The position numbers were made by a program, and so were the translations under genes. Under the pieces are notes generated by a model. The model saw nothing but the letters and a program-made list of their open reading frames with translations, did not search any database and was not told the DNA's origin. From assembly GCA_963752285.1 (NCBI GenBank), contig CAVVXN010000005.1, positions 1 to 64,000 on the forward strand: DNA of 64,000 nt. The letters run 5' to 3'. This DNA is from an uncultured Planctomycetota bacterium (GTDB lineage: Bacteria > Planctomycetota > PLA2 > JAEUHO01). The first letter of the stretch is position 1. Every line of letters begins with the position of its first letter. Below, piece after piece: positions 1 through 9,894 of this stretch.

Positions 1-769
1 CGGGGGCGCGGGCGGGGGACGTCGCTCGACGAGGACCCACGCGGGCACCTCGAGCTTCTCCCAGGTGCTCCGCGTCGTGCGCTGCGGGTGCGTGGACCAC
101 GGAACGCGGTAGCTCCACACGGTCTCCGCCTCGCGAGACAGCGGGCGAAAGCGCACCCGCTCCGGGCCGATCCCGCCGCCGCCGGCGTAGTTCCGGGAGA
201 CCAGCACGTAGGCCTCCTTCGACCGGCCCCAGTGTCCCCGCGCGTCCTCCACCTCGAGGCGACCGAGCGTCAGCGTCACGGTGACCTCGATCGCGCCGGC
301 CGTGTACTGGTCGGAGAGGAGGCAGTAGTCCTTGTGGTTGTCGAGCCGGACGCTTCGACCGGTCGGTCCGACCTCCCAGTACTCGAACGTGCGCTTCTCC
401 CCGGGGCCCGGGACGCTCGCGCCGTCGGGCCAGCGCCGAAGGTCCGTGAACCGCTCGACGACCTCGGCCTCGATCCACAGGTCGTCGCGAGGCGCCGTCT
501 CGGGCGCCCAGTAGTAGTTGTTCATGTAGTACCAGAGTCGTCCGCCCGCGCCGGCGTAGAAGCACCGCGCGGACCCGCGGGGCACGAACCCACCCGGGCC
601 GTTCGCGTCGCCCGGCGCGGCGCCGGCGCCGAGCTCCGGATGCGAGGAGGACGCGGGCGTCGTGGACCTCGCGCGGCGCGATCGAGGAGGGATCCGCCTC
701 GCCGAGGAGGGACGCGCGGCACGCGACGAGGAGGAGCGAGAGGGCGAGGAGGGCGACGGCGAAACGCAC
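1..769 (-). CDS. Hypothetical lipoprotein, 3'-partial, with an apparent +1 frameshift near 640-715
   Basis: GTG at 769 gives MRFAVALLALSLLLVA-C (lipobox). The coding-like body (..RLWYYMNNYYWAPETAPRDDLWIEAEVVERF..) lies in the adjacent frame and runs off the window. Confidence 0.55.
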   Translation of the reverse strand, partial: MRFAVALLALSLLLVACRASLLGEADPSSIAPREVHDARVLLASGARRRRRAGRRERPGWVRAPRVRAVLLRRRGRTTLVLHEQLLLGARDGASRRPVDRGRGRRAVHGPSALARRRERPGPRGEAHVRVLGGRTDRSKRPARQPQGLLPPLRPVHGRRDRGHRDADARSPRGGGRAGTLGPVEGGLRAGLPELRRRRRDRPGAGALSPAVSRGGDRVELPRSVVHAPAAHDAEHLGEARGARVGPRRATSPARAP

Positions 770-824
770 GGGGATCCAAACGCCCGCCGACCGCGATCCG
801 CACGACCGGGCGCGGGCCTCGGGC

Positions 825-2251
825 TCAGCGCCGGGCCGAAGCCGGGGTCCGCGAGGCGGACCTCCGTGACCTCCCCGAGGGGCGCGAGCGCCGGACGGAC
901 CGTCGCGGCGGGCCCGACCACCGTCCAGGCGAGGGGCTCCTTCGGGAAGCGCGTCGCGATCACGTGGTTCGCCTCGGCAAGCGTGAGCGCGTCGAGACGG
1001 GCGAAGAAGCCGTCCACGAAGTCGCGCGAGAGGCCCGAGATCGCGAGGTCCAGGAGCCACGCCGCCTGCTGCGGGCGCGTCTCGACCGTCTGCGGGGCGA
1101 ACTGCCCCTCGACGTACGCGCGTGCCGAGGCGAGCTCGTCGGCGGTGATCCCCTTCTCGACGAACGCGTCGTACGTCGAGCGAAGGAGGGGGATCGCCTC
1201 GCCGGCGCGGGCCGCGAGGGTCGAGGTGACGATCGCGAGCACGCCCCCGCGCTCGTCGTCGAAGTAGGAGTCCGCTTCGTAGGCGAGGCCCGAGCGCACG
1301 CGGAGCGCCTGGTTCAGTCGGCTCGTGAAGCGGCCGCCCGAGAATGGTGTTCGCGAGGTAGCGAGCGGCGTACGCGGGGTCGTCGCGCGAGAAGAGACCG
1401 CCGCCCGCCCGGACGTACGCCTGGGCCGCGCGCGGGTCGTCCACGAGGAGGACGCCCCCGGTGCGCAAGGTCGCGGGGGCGATCCTCGGCGGGTCGGCGG
1501 GCGCGCTCTCGCCCGCCCCGCCGAGCGCCGCCCGGACCGCGGCCTCGTCGAAGTCGCCCGTCACGGCGATCCAGCGGTTCCTCGGCGCCGCGAGGTCCCT
1601 CCAACGCTGGACGAGCCGGTCGGGGTCGGTGAGGCGCCCGAGCGAGGCCTCGTCGCCGAGAGAGGGGTTTCCCTGCGGGCTCTTCCCGAAGAGCCACGCG
1701 CGCGCGTAGACGTGCACGGCGTCCCGGGGGCGGTCGCGGATCCCCTGCACCCGGGAGACGAGGAGGTCGCGCGCACGCGTGAGCTCGGCCCGGTCGAACC
1801 GGGGTCGATCGAGGACGTCCCGGACCCGCGCGAGGAGCTCGGCCTGGTCCTCGACGAGGGCCTCGGCGTCGAGCGCGATCCAGCGGGGCGCCGCGCGGAC
1901 GGTGAGCGTTCCACCGTGGGCTTCGACCGCGCGGCGGAACGCCTCCGCGTCGAAATCTCCTGCGCCGCGACGCGCCCACTCCGCGAGGAGCGCGGCGCGA
2001 CCGGCCTCGTCGGGCGGATCGGAGAGGATCCCGCCGGGGAGGCGCACGTGCACGCTGACGAGCGGGATCCGCGCGTCGGGGAGCAGGAAGAGCCGCGCCC
2101 CCGACGGCAGCACGACGGGATCGACGGCGGGGAGCCGCGCGCCGTGTCGCTCAGGCGGCGCCTCCGGATCGGCGCGCGCGAGGTCCACGTTCGACGCGAG
2201 GACGCCGAGGGCCACGAGGGCCAACCGGGCGGGGAGGCGGAGCGCGCTCAT
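825..2251 (-). CDS. M16 (pitrilysin/insulinase) family non-catalytic subunit, with apparent frameshifts at ~1338 and ~830
   Basis: ATG at 2251 overlaps the upstream stop (ATGA). Signal-like N-terminus followed by LPSGARLFLLPDARIPLV. No HxxEH. ANTILG continues as GRFTSRLNQALRVRSGLAY (M16 C-domain R/Y motif) only after removing one base. Confidence 0.8.
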
Positions 2252-3648
2252 CCGCCGGCGGCTCCGCCGCTCGCGTCCGAGTCGGCAACGCGGCGCGTCA
2301 CGACGAGCGTGCCGACCGTCCGGTTCCGTCGGACCAGGTACCTCCGGGCGACGCGCCGGACGTCGATCTTCGTGACCGCTTCGAGGGCGCGAAGCCGCGC
2401 GGGGAGATTCCGCCACCCGCCGTAGAAGAGCTCGGTCTCGGCGAGGAGGAGCGTCAGGCCGTGGATCGTCCGCATCCGCTCGAGGAGCCCGACGCGGAGC
2501 GCACCCTTCGCGGCGCGGAGCTCGTCGTCGGTGGGGCCCTCGTCGCGGAGGCGACCGATCTCCTCTTCGACGACCTTCTCCACCGCGCCGGAGGAGGCGT
2601 CCGCGCGGAGCATCGCGTCCACCGAGAAGATGCCCGGGTCGAACTGGAGGGCGTAGATGCCGCCCTCGACCGAACGGCAGAGCCCTTCCTTCTCGACGAG
2701 GCGCTCCTGGAGGCGGCTCGCCTCGCCGCCGAGGAGGAGGTGGTCGATCACCTCCAGCGCCGGCATGTCGGGGTCGGCCGTGGCGGGGACGTGCCACGCC
2801 GTGACGACCGCGGGGAGCGTGCCCGGCGGCACCTCGAGCTCGACGCGCCGCTCCCCGTGCTGCTCGGGCTCGACCGCGACGACGCGCGGCAGGTCGGGAC
2901 CGCGCGGGATCGGGCCGAGCTTCGCCTCGAGCATCGAGAGCGCGGTGTCGGCCTCGACGTCGCCGACGAGGACCACCGTCGCATTCTGCGGCGCGTAGTA
3001 CGTGGTGAAGAAGCGCTGGAGGTCGGCCAGGGTCCACGCCTTCCGGTCGGACGGCCAGCCGAGGATCTCCCACTGGTAGGGGTGCGCCGTGTACGCCGCG
3101 CACCACACCTGCCGGTAGAGCCGCTCGATCGGCTCCTCCATCGTCATGCGGCACTCGTTCTCGACGACCTCGCGCTCCGTCGCCACCGTCTCCGGCCGGA
3201 GCTGCATGCCGGCGATCCGGTCGGCCTCCATGTCGAGCACGAGCCCGAGCGAGGCGGGGGGGAACCAGTCTACGTACGTCGTCGCGTCGCGCGTGGTCCA
3301 CGCGGTGCACGAGCCGCCGACGGCCTCCAGCGTGTCGTCGAAGGTGCGGCCGTACTCCTTCCCGCCCATGAACATCATGTGCTCGAAGAAGTGCGCGATG
3401 CCCGTGGCGCCCAGGCGCTCGTTCCGCGACCCCACCCGCCACGCGATCGCGAGTACGCAGTTGGGGATGTCGTGGTCCCCCAGGACCAGCACCTTCATCC
3501 CGTTCGCGAGCGTCTTCTCGTGGACGTCGGGGAGGGGAAGGTCCTTCGCGAACGCCTGCGTCGGGGCCGCGAGCGCGAGGAACGCCCAGGCGAGCCAGAA
3601 CCTGCGTGGACCGCGCGGACGCCTGCCGGGGGACTCCGAGCGGATCAC
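2248..3648 (-). CDS. M16 family zinc peptidase, catalytic subunit, secreted
   Basis: TLANGMKVLV, GSRNE..GIAHFFEHMMF (inverted HxxEH), YYAPQNATVVLVGD, signal peptide, GTGA overlap with the upstream gene. Confidence 0.93.
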   Translation of the reverse strand: MIRSESPGRRPRGPRRFWLAWAFLALAAPTQAFAKDLPLPDVHEKTLANGMKVLVLGDHDIPNCVLAIAWRVGSRNERLGATGIAHFFEHMMFMGGKEYGRTFDDTLEAVGGSCTAWTTRDATTYVDWFPPASLGLVLDMEADRIAGMQLRPETVATEREVVENECRMTMEEPIERLYRQVWCAAYTAHPYQWEILGWPSDRKAWTLADLQRFFTTYYAPQNATVVLVGDVEADTALSMLEAKLGPIPRGPDLPRVVAVEPEQHGERRVELEVPPGTLPAVVTAWHVPATADPDMPALEVIDHLLLGGEASRLQERLVEKEGLCRSVEGGIYALQFDPGIFSVDAMLRADASSGAVEKVVEEEIGRLRDEGPTDDELRAAKGALRVGLLERMRTIHGLTLLLAETELFYGGWRNLPARLRALEAVTKIDVRRVARRYLVRRNRTVGTLVVTRRVADSDASGGAAGG

Positions 3649-4883
3649 TTGTCCTCGGCCTCCGTCGGCGCGGGCTCGACGACGAGGTCGTCGAAGTCGC
3701 TCACGGCGTCCGACTTCGTCCAGAGGCCCACGCGGCCGGCGGGGAGGTACGTGTCGTACGCGACCACCTGGACTTCGCCGTCGTCCATCGTGGCCGTCAG
3801 CTTCGGGCCTTCCGCGCGGAACTCCAGCGTGTGCCACGCGTCGTCCTTCGGGACACCCATCGCCTTCCCGCCGGGGAGCGTCCGGCGCACGCCGTTCACC
3901 GTGCGGAAGATGCGGAGGTCCTCCTCGACGGCGTTCGCGCGGGCGACGAGGTAGTTCGCCTCGTCCCGGTAGTGGAGGAGGATCCCCGCGGCGCGGTCCT
4001 GGTCGCCGCCGGCGAAGCGGAACCGGACGCGGACGACGCCGTCTCCGAGCACCGTGTCCTTGACGATCGCCATCGGGTAGCGGATCCCGGTGCGGTCGGC
4101 GGCGGTCTGGCGGAGGAAGGAGAGACCGTCCTCCTTCGTCACGACGAAGCGCGGAGCGTCACCGTGGCCCCACATCGTCGAGACGAAGCGGTCGGGGAGC
4201 GAGCCGTCCGGGCCCTCGAAGTCGAACGACACGGGTCCTGAGGTCTCGACACCGGTCCGCTCGAGCTCGGGGTACTGCTCGTCCTCGTCTTCGTCCTCCT
4301 CGACCCGCTTCGAGAAGACGACCACGACGTCGTGCGTCTCGCCGTTGCGCACGAACTCGACGGGAACGCGATCGCCCACGTGGTGGCGGCGCACGGCGCG
4401 GCCCATCTTGGCGAACGTGTCCACGACGTCGCCGTCCACCTTCGTGACGAGGTCCCCGGCCTCGAGACCTGCCGCCCGAGCGCCGGTGTCGGGATAGACC
4501 TTCGTGAGGAGGATCCCGTCGGGCGCCGGGTCCGCATCGACGCCCATGTAGGCGATGGGCAGGACGCGGTCGAGCATCAGACGCGCTTCGAGGTGGCGGC
4601 GCGCGGCGTCGGCGCGGATCCCGGCGTCCATCTCGCCGAGGAGCCGGAGCCGGAGACGGACCGGGTCGGTCGGGTCGAGCCGGTCCATCGGGATCGGCGC
4701 GCCGGGGCCCGGGCCCGCGGCGGGCGGCGGCGGGGGCGCGGCGGGCGGCGCGCCATCGCCGGCGAAGGCGCCGGGGACGAGCGTGACGCCGAGCCCGACC
4801 CCGGCGAGGACGAGCAGCGCGAGGGCCACGCGAAGCCGGAGGAACGGGGAGCGGGGACGGCGGGCATGCGACGACGGGGACAC
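3645..4883 (-). CDS. Secreted PDZ-domain protein with C-terminal LamG/DUF1080-like beta-sandwich
   Basis: GGAGG RBS and signal peptide. PDZ: YMGV...VYPDTGARAAGLEAGDLVTKVDG. C-terminal AGILLHYRDEANYLV..WHTLEFRAEG..GRVGLWTKSDAVSDFDDL. Confidence 0.8.
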   Translation of the reverse strand: MSPSSHARRPRSPFLRLRVALALLVLAGVGLGVTLVPGAFAGDGAPPAAPPPPPAAGPGPGAPIPMDRLDPTDPVRLRLRLLGEMDAGIRADAARRHLEARLMLDRVLPIAYMGVDADPAPDGILLTKVYPDTGARAAGLEAGDLVTKVDGDVVDTFAKMGRAVRRHHVGDRVPVEFVRNGETHDVVVVFSKRVEEDEDEDEQYPELERTGVETSGPVSFDFEGPDGSLPDRFVSTMWGHGDAPRFVVTKEDGLSFLRQTAADRTGIRYPMAIVKDTVLGDGVVRVRFRFAGGDQDRAAGILLHYRDEANYLVARANAVEEDLRIFRTVNGVRRTLPGGKAMGVPKDDAWHTLEFRAEGPKLTATMDDGEVQVVAYDTYLPAGRVGLWTKSDAVSDFDDLVVEPAPTEAEDK

Positions 4884-5090
4884 CACGGCCTCCTCTCGTG
4901 TAGCCGCGGCGATACGCCCCGGCGGATCCAGGCGACATCTTCGCACCGCCCGTGCCGCCGCCCTCACGCCCGCCCGCGGCGAGGCGCGGGCGGCGGGCCG
5001 CGCTCCGTCCCGGGCGCCGCGCCGTACCCTCGACGCGACACGAGAACGCTTTCGGTAACGCGGACCGACCCGCCGGCGAGAGGGGCGTGG

Positions 5091-7004
5091 ATGGACGCTT
5101 CCTCCTATGGGCTCTGGGCGGCGTGGCGGCGCTCCGGCGAGGACGGGGCGTTCGACGCGCTCGTGCGTCCCCTGCTCCCGGTGCTCCGAGACGCCGCGCG
5201 GCGATACGGCCTTCCCGACGCCGACGCCGACGACGCGGTGCAGGAGGCGCTCGTGGACCTCGCGCGGGAGCCGAGCGACCGACCGGTGGAGGTCGGGATC
5301 GCCGCGTGGCTCCTCCGGACCGTCCGGCTCCGCGCCCTCACGTGGCGGCGGCGCACGGCCCGACGCGCGCGGCACGAGACCCGCGCGGCCGCCGAGCGCA
5401 CGGTGACCGAGGGCTCGGAGCCGTCGGCGCTCGAGGAAAGACAGGTGGAGGCGGCGCTCGCCGCGCTCGAAGAAGGAGCGCGCGAGGCCGTGGTGCTCCG
5501 CTACCTCTGCGACCTCGACTACCGGGAGATGTCCCACGTGCTCGGCGTTTCGGAGGGGGCGTGCCGCGTGCGCGTGCACCGCGCGATCGCGAGGCTCCGC
5601 GCGCGCCTCGGTCCGCGCGCGCTCGTCTGGATCGCCGCGACGATCCGGCGCGGACCGGGCTCGAAGGACGCCGCGGCGTCGTCTGCTTCCGCGGTGCGGC
5701 GGGCCGTCGCGTCGGCCGCGCGAAGGGGAGGGAGTGTGATGGCGTTCTCGACGAAGATCGTGCTCATCGCCGGCGGCGTCGTGGCGCTGGCCGGCGCCGC
5801 GTGGTGGGGGTCCCCGCGGCGAGGTGCCGACGAGGTCGCCTCGCGCTCGTCGCCCGCGCTCGCGCGCACGCGCTTGGAGGCGCCCGTGGCGCCACCGCTC
5901 CTCCGCGGTGCGCCGGTTCCGGGTCCGCAAGGCGCCGAGATCGCACCGACCGAGGCACGTGCCTCGCCCGAGGAGCCGGCCCGCCCCGCGGCATCGACCG
6001 TTCCCGTGACGATCGACTCGCTGGTCGAGGACATCCGCCGCGAGGCGGCGCCCGACTGGTGGGCCCACCCGAGCCCGGCTTCGCAGCTCCGGGCGCACGG
6101 GCGGGTGGTGATCGCCTCGGCGCCGCGGGACGTCGAGGACGCGATCGGGGACTACCTCGACCGGCGCCGAGGGCGTCCGCCGGTCGCCTCGCGAGGCCCG
6201 CCGTCGCCGGATCCCGCGAGTGTGGATGCGGCGCGCGCGAAGCTCCGGACGCTCCTGCTCGGGATGCTGGACCGCGAGATCGTGCTCGAGCGCGCGCTTC
6301 GAGCCTTCGCCGAGGAGCGGCCCACCGAGTCCGCACGCCTCGCGGCGCAGGTGCTCGAGACCGAGCCCGACAACCGCACCGCGGACCTGCTCCTCCAGGC
6401 GAGCCGCGGCGAGGTCGCGAAGGACGCTCTGGAGGAGGAGACGCTGCGACAGAAGGCCTGGCACGGCGCCGCGGACCTCGCGACGTGGGCGACCCAGTGG
6501 CCCAGCAAGGCAACGTGGGACGCGTACACGGCGCTCGCCTCGACCGCGGCGCCGCCGGGCTCCCTCCAGGCCCGTCGGGACGATCCCCTCTCGACAGGGA
6601 GCGTGACCCTCGACGCGCGGGGTGCGAGCCTCTACGAGGTCCTGCGTCGGCTCCAGATCCTCACGTTCGGGGACGTCTGGGTGGCCCCGGACGTCTCGGC
6701 GGACGCGCTCTCCCTCCCGGTGGGGGACGTCCACGCCGTCGAGGCCTCCCTCGCCTCCGTGCTCGACGAGGTGGTCCGCCACCTGCCCGCGGGGTGGCAG
6801 TGGGCCGCGAGCACGCGCGTGGTGCGTCTGGCGCCGGGCGAGCCGAAGCTGGACCCGCCCCTCCTCCTTCGGTACTTCGACGTCGGCGACCTCCTGGCGC
6901 CCGCGACTGCGGGTCCCCCCGAGGCGCCGTCGTCGGACGGCGCCGCTCCGCGGCCACCCCAGTACGGGACGGACGAGGAGGGGCACGTCGTCCGGCAGCG
7001 CTGA
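5091..7004 (+). CDS. ECF sigma-70 factor with TM helix and long extracytoplasmic extension (secretin N3-like and STN-like domains)
   Basis: Region 2 (DADDAVQEALV..AAWLLRTVR), region 4 (REAVVLRY..YREMSHVLGVSEGACRVRVHRAIARLR), TM IVLIAGGVVALAGAAWW, STN-like VTLDARGASLYEVLRRL..SLASVLDEV, and RYFDVGDLL. Confidence 0.85.
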   Translation: MDASSYGLWAAWRRSGEDGAFDALVRPLLPVLRDAARRYGLPDADADDAVQEALVDLAREPSDRPVEVGIAAWLLRTVRLRALTWRRRTARRARHETRAAAERTVTEGSEPSALEERQVEAALAALEEGAREAVVLRYLCDLDYREMSHVLGVSEGACRVRVHRAIARLRARLGPRALVWIAATIRRGPGSKDAAASSASAVRRAVASAARRGGSVMAFSTKIVLIAGGVVALAGAAWWGSPRRGADEVASRSSPALARTRLEAPVAPPLLRGAPVPGPQGAEIAPTEARASPEEPARPAASTVPVTIDSLVEDIRREAAPDWWAHPSPASQLRAHGRVVIASAPRDVEDAIGDYLDRRRGRPPVASRGPPSPDPASVDAARAKLRTLLLGMLDREIVLERALRAFAEERPTESARLAAQVLETEPDNRTADLLLQASRGEVAKDALEEETLRQKAWHGAADLATWATQWPSKATWDAYTALASTAAPPGSLQARRDDPLSTGSVTLDARGASLYEVLRRLQILTFGDVWVAPDVSADALSLPVGDVHAVEASLASVLDEVVRHLPAGWQWAASTRVVRLAPGEPKLDPPLLLRYFDVGDLLAPATAGPPEAPSSDGAAPRPPQYGTDEEGHVVRQR

Positions 7005-7072
7005 CCCGTCTCTACCCGGCGACCCGTCCTTCGCGAACCGCCCCGGGTTCGTACGAATCGGGTGATTCTCGG

Positions 7073-8371
7073 GTGACGTCGGCGCGGTTCCCTGGCGTCG
7101 TGCGCGTGTCCAGAACAGCCTGTCTCGTCGTCCTGACGGCCGTGGCGGCGGCCGGCGGTTCGCGGCTCGCCGGCGGGCACGTCGAGGTGCGCGGCGGCGC
7201 GAGCCTTCGCGCCGATCTCGACGGCCCGGACGGGCACGAGTCGTGGCGGGAGCACGCCTGGCTCCGTGGCCCCTCGGCGCCGTCCCTCGAGGGCGCCACC
7301 TCGCGCTTCGGCGGGGATCCTCGTCCGATCGCGAACCGCGTGCGGACGTACGAGCTGCCCGTGCCGCCCCGCGGATGCACGTGGTCCTTCTCGGGCGTGG
7401 GCGACGCCGCGGGTCCCTTCGGCGCCTCCAGCGCCGAGAGCCTGATCCCCGCGATCCGGTCCGCGGTCGAACCCCCCGTCTGGGGCTCGCGCCCGACCGA
7501 CGCGAGCGTGCAGAGCCTCGGGACCTGGCGGATCCTCGTCGACGCGCCGGAGCGCGTGCAAGGCGAGGTCGCCCGGTTCCTGCGGCGTCTCCGATGGCAC
7601 GCGACCTGGCCCGAGCTCGGGATCGCGGGCGCCGAGCTCGCCGAGATCCGGCGGCGCGGCACCGACCGGGAGCGGGCGTGCGCCGCGGACACGCTGGCGA
7701 GCGCCGAACCGGCGGTCCGGGACGCGCTCGAGGTGGCGGCCGCGGGCGAGGACCTCTCGGACGAGGTCTTCTGGAGCCCCGACCCCGCCCCGCGGCGTGC
7801 CGACCGGATCCCCCTCGAGATCGAGTACGTCGCGTCGAGCCCCACGCTCCTTCGGGATCTCGGTATCGACTCGAGAGACCTTGGCGACACGGGAGATCTC
7901 TGGATTCCCCCCCGAGGGCGTTCGGGGGCCGTGTTCCTCGACGACACGCAGCTCGAGGTCTTGGAGCGGGTGGAGAGGCGCACGCCGTCGCGTACGGGGG
8001 CAGCCGAAGCGCGCGTACTGGACTCCTCCCACGTGTGGCTCTGCGAAGGGGAACGCACGGGCTCGTCCCTGGGCGCGGACGGGTACCTGGAGGTCCGGGG
8101 CCGGATCTCGGGCGACCGACGTTTCGCCTGTCTCGAGGTCCGCGTTCGTAGCCTCGTGGACGGTTCGATCCGGTTCCTGGCCCCCCTCGCTCTCAGCGTG
8201 CCCGACGGGGGATCCCTCCTGCTCGTCCCGCTGGACGCGTTGGATCCGGCGTCGCCGACCCCGCCCACGCGATGGGTGCGTCTCACGGTCGGCCCCCTGC
8301 CGCCGGGCCCCACGGAGGAGTCGGGTCAGTCCGCCGACGCGTCCGGAGACGCGCCCGTCGGCGCGCGGTGA
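7073..8371 (+). CDS. Secretin-like (GspD/PilQ N3 and degenerate C-domain) hypothetical protein; start uncertain
   Basis: SLIPAIRSAVEPPVW..ILVDAPERVQGEVARFLRRLR (N3-like) and LEVRGRISGDRRFACLEV..SVPDGGSLLL (secretin C-terminal-like). Confidence 0.55.
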   Translation: MTSARFPGVVRVSRTACLVVLTAVAAAGGSRLAGGHVEVRGGASLRADLDGPDGHESWREHAWLRGPSAPSLEGATSRFGGDPRPIANRVRTYELPVPPRGCTWSFSGVGDAAGPFGASSAESLIPAIRSAVEPPVWGSRPTDASVQSLGTWRILVDAPERVQGEVARFLRRLRWHATWPELGIAGAELAEIRRRGTDRERACAADTLASAEPAVRDALEVAAAGEDLSDEVFWSPDPAPRRADRIPLEIEYVASSPTLLRDLGIDSRDLGDTGDLWIPPRGRSGAVFLDDTQLEVLERVERRTPSRTGAAEARVLDSSHVWLCEGERTGSSLGADGYLEVRGRISGDRRFACLEVRVRSLVDGSIRFLAPLALSVPDGGSLLLVPLDALDPASPTPPTRWVRLTVGPLPPGPTEESGQSADASGDAPVGAR

Positions 8372-8850
8372 GGCACGAGGTGGCGCGCGCGCCGGTCGAG
8401 CAGCGAGGCCGAGACGACCAGCGCGAGGCCGAGGGCGAAGGCGATCGTCGCGCCGAGTCGCACGCGCACGACCCACGTGGCGTACGGCTCGGGCACCGTC
8501 GCCCCGTCGAGCGCGTGCGCCCAGGCGACCGGCAGCTCGACGAGCAGGCGCGCGGCGAGGGCCGACGACGCGACGACGAACCCGGCGCCGGTGTCGAGGC
8601 GGAGCCACGACCGCGAGGCGGCGAGGACCCAGACGGCGTACGCGACGCCGAGCCCGAAGAGGAGCGCCGTGTCGAGCTGGAGCTCGGCGGACGCGTCGGG
8701 CGGCATCGGCATCCGGAGGAGGAGGAAGTACGCCGACGCCGTCAGGAGGTAGAGGGTCAGGAGGACGGCGAAGAACGCCAGCGGCACGACCGACGGCGGC
8801 GCGGGGAGGACGCGCGCGAAGACGGACGGCGACGAGGCCGGGCCTGCCAT
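8326..8850 (-). CDS. Hypothetical membrane protein (~4 TM)
   Basis: Four hydrophobic segments; GGAGG upstream of ATG. Confidence 0.6.
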   Translation of the reverse strand: MAGPASSPSVFARVLPAPPSVVPLAFFAVLLTLYLLTASAYFLLLRMPMPPDASAELQLDTALLFGLGVAYAVWVLAASRSWLRLDTGAGFVVASSALAARLLVELPVAWAHALDGATVPEPYATWVVRVRLGATIAFALGLALVVSASLLDRRARHLVPHRAPTGASPDASAD

Positions 8851-8923
8851 CGAGCTGACGATACCTCCGCCGGGGACGCCTCCGCCCCCCGGGACGAATC
8901 CGGTTCCCGTGGAGCGGGACGGA

Positions 8924-9634
8924 TCACCGTCCGGTCGGCTTTGGAGGCGGAGTCGTCGTCGGCGCGTCGAGGCCGGTCCCGGCTCGAAACTGCCGTGGTG
9001 CGAGCGCGGCCCGCTCGCACGAGGCGACCAGGATGCCCAGGACGCAGAGCCCTGCGGCCCGTCGGACGAGGCGAGGGAGCTTCGCGGGCGTCTCCCGTCT
9101 CGCCCGCTCGAGCGACACGGCCAACCCGCCGAGGCCGAGGGCCACCGCGGCGGGGACCGTGCTCCCGTGCAGGAGGCCCAAGCCTCCCGATCCCCAGAGG
9201 CTCGCGCCCAGGACGACGCCGGGAATCGCCACGAGGCAGAGCGCGAGGAGGAGCGACCGGGCCCGCGGGAAGAGAACGAGGACGCCTCGCGTCACGAGGC
9301 TGCCGATCCCCCACACCGACAAGCCTGTGCCGGCGACTTCCGAGGCGTTGCACCCCCTCGCGCGGATCGCGGATCCCGCGGACTCCTGGGTGCTCAGGAC
9401 GACCGCTGTGAACCCCACGAGGAGCAGGACGGCGAAGGTCATGTCGAGGGCCAGGAGGGGATGCGGCGGGAGCCGGCGGCCCGCGCACGCGGCCGACGCG
9501 GCGAAGAGGCACAGCGTGAGCGCCGGGATCACGAACCAATGCCCAGAGGCAAGCGGCGCGAGGAGTCCGGCGCCGGCAAGGCCGAGGGCGACGAAGAGCG
9601 CCACGACGATCCAGAACGAGTCCCGCGCCCCCAC
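8924..9634 (-). CDS. Hypothetical polytopic membrane protein
   Basis: GGAGG 7 nt before GTG 9634; 6-7 hydrophobic segments. Confidence 0.55.
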   Translation of the reverse strand: MGARDSFWIVVALFVALGLAGAGLLAPLASGHWFVIPALTLCLFAASAACAGRRLPPHPLLALDMTFAVLLLVGFTAVVLSTQESAGSAIRARGCNASEVAGTGLSVWGIGSLVTRGVLVLFPRARSLLLALCLVAIPGVVLGASLWGSGGLGLLHGSTVPAAVALGLGGLAVSLERARRETPAKLPRLVRRAAGLCVLGILVASCERAALAPRQFRAGTGLDAPTTTPPPKPTGR

Positions 9635-9754
9635 GCCGACACCTCCGACCCGCAGGCCTCCACGCACCCCCGACCCCCGCGCTCGACCTCGATGGGACGA
9701 CCCCCGCCCTCTCGGACCTGCGCCTCGCGTGCGGGCGCACGTCGGCGGCCTGAC

Positions 9755-9874
9755 GATCGGGCTCACCTCCACGTCGGGTTGGAAGGCGAGGTCGAAGCTC
9801 GGAAGCGTCGGCCCCGTCGGCAGCCCCTGGCGCCGAAGCGACGTCTCGATCCGCCGCTCCTCCCGCCGCGCCAC
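9755..9874 (-). mobile_element. istB: IS21-family istB (helper ATPase) N-terminal remnant
   Basis: Translates as VARREERRIETSLRRQGLPTGPTLPSFDLAFQPDVEVSPI, matching the IstB R..RR....L...GLP...TL..FDF.FQP signature. No Walker A or istA nearby. Confidence 0.65.
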
Positions 9875-9894
9875 GGACCCCCGAGTCCGGGCGG

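Noticed and set aside
1..1338. True fusion of the M16 C-domain to the downstream hypothetical protein
   Set aside because: The linker is Ser/Arg/Pro off-frame-like, and an intact lipoprotein signal lies in the neighbouring frame; indel errors explain it better.
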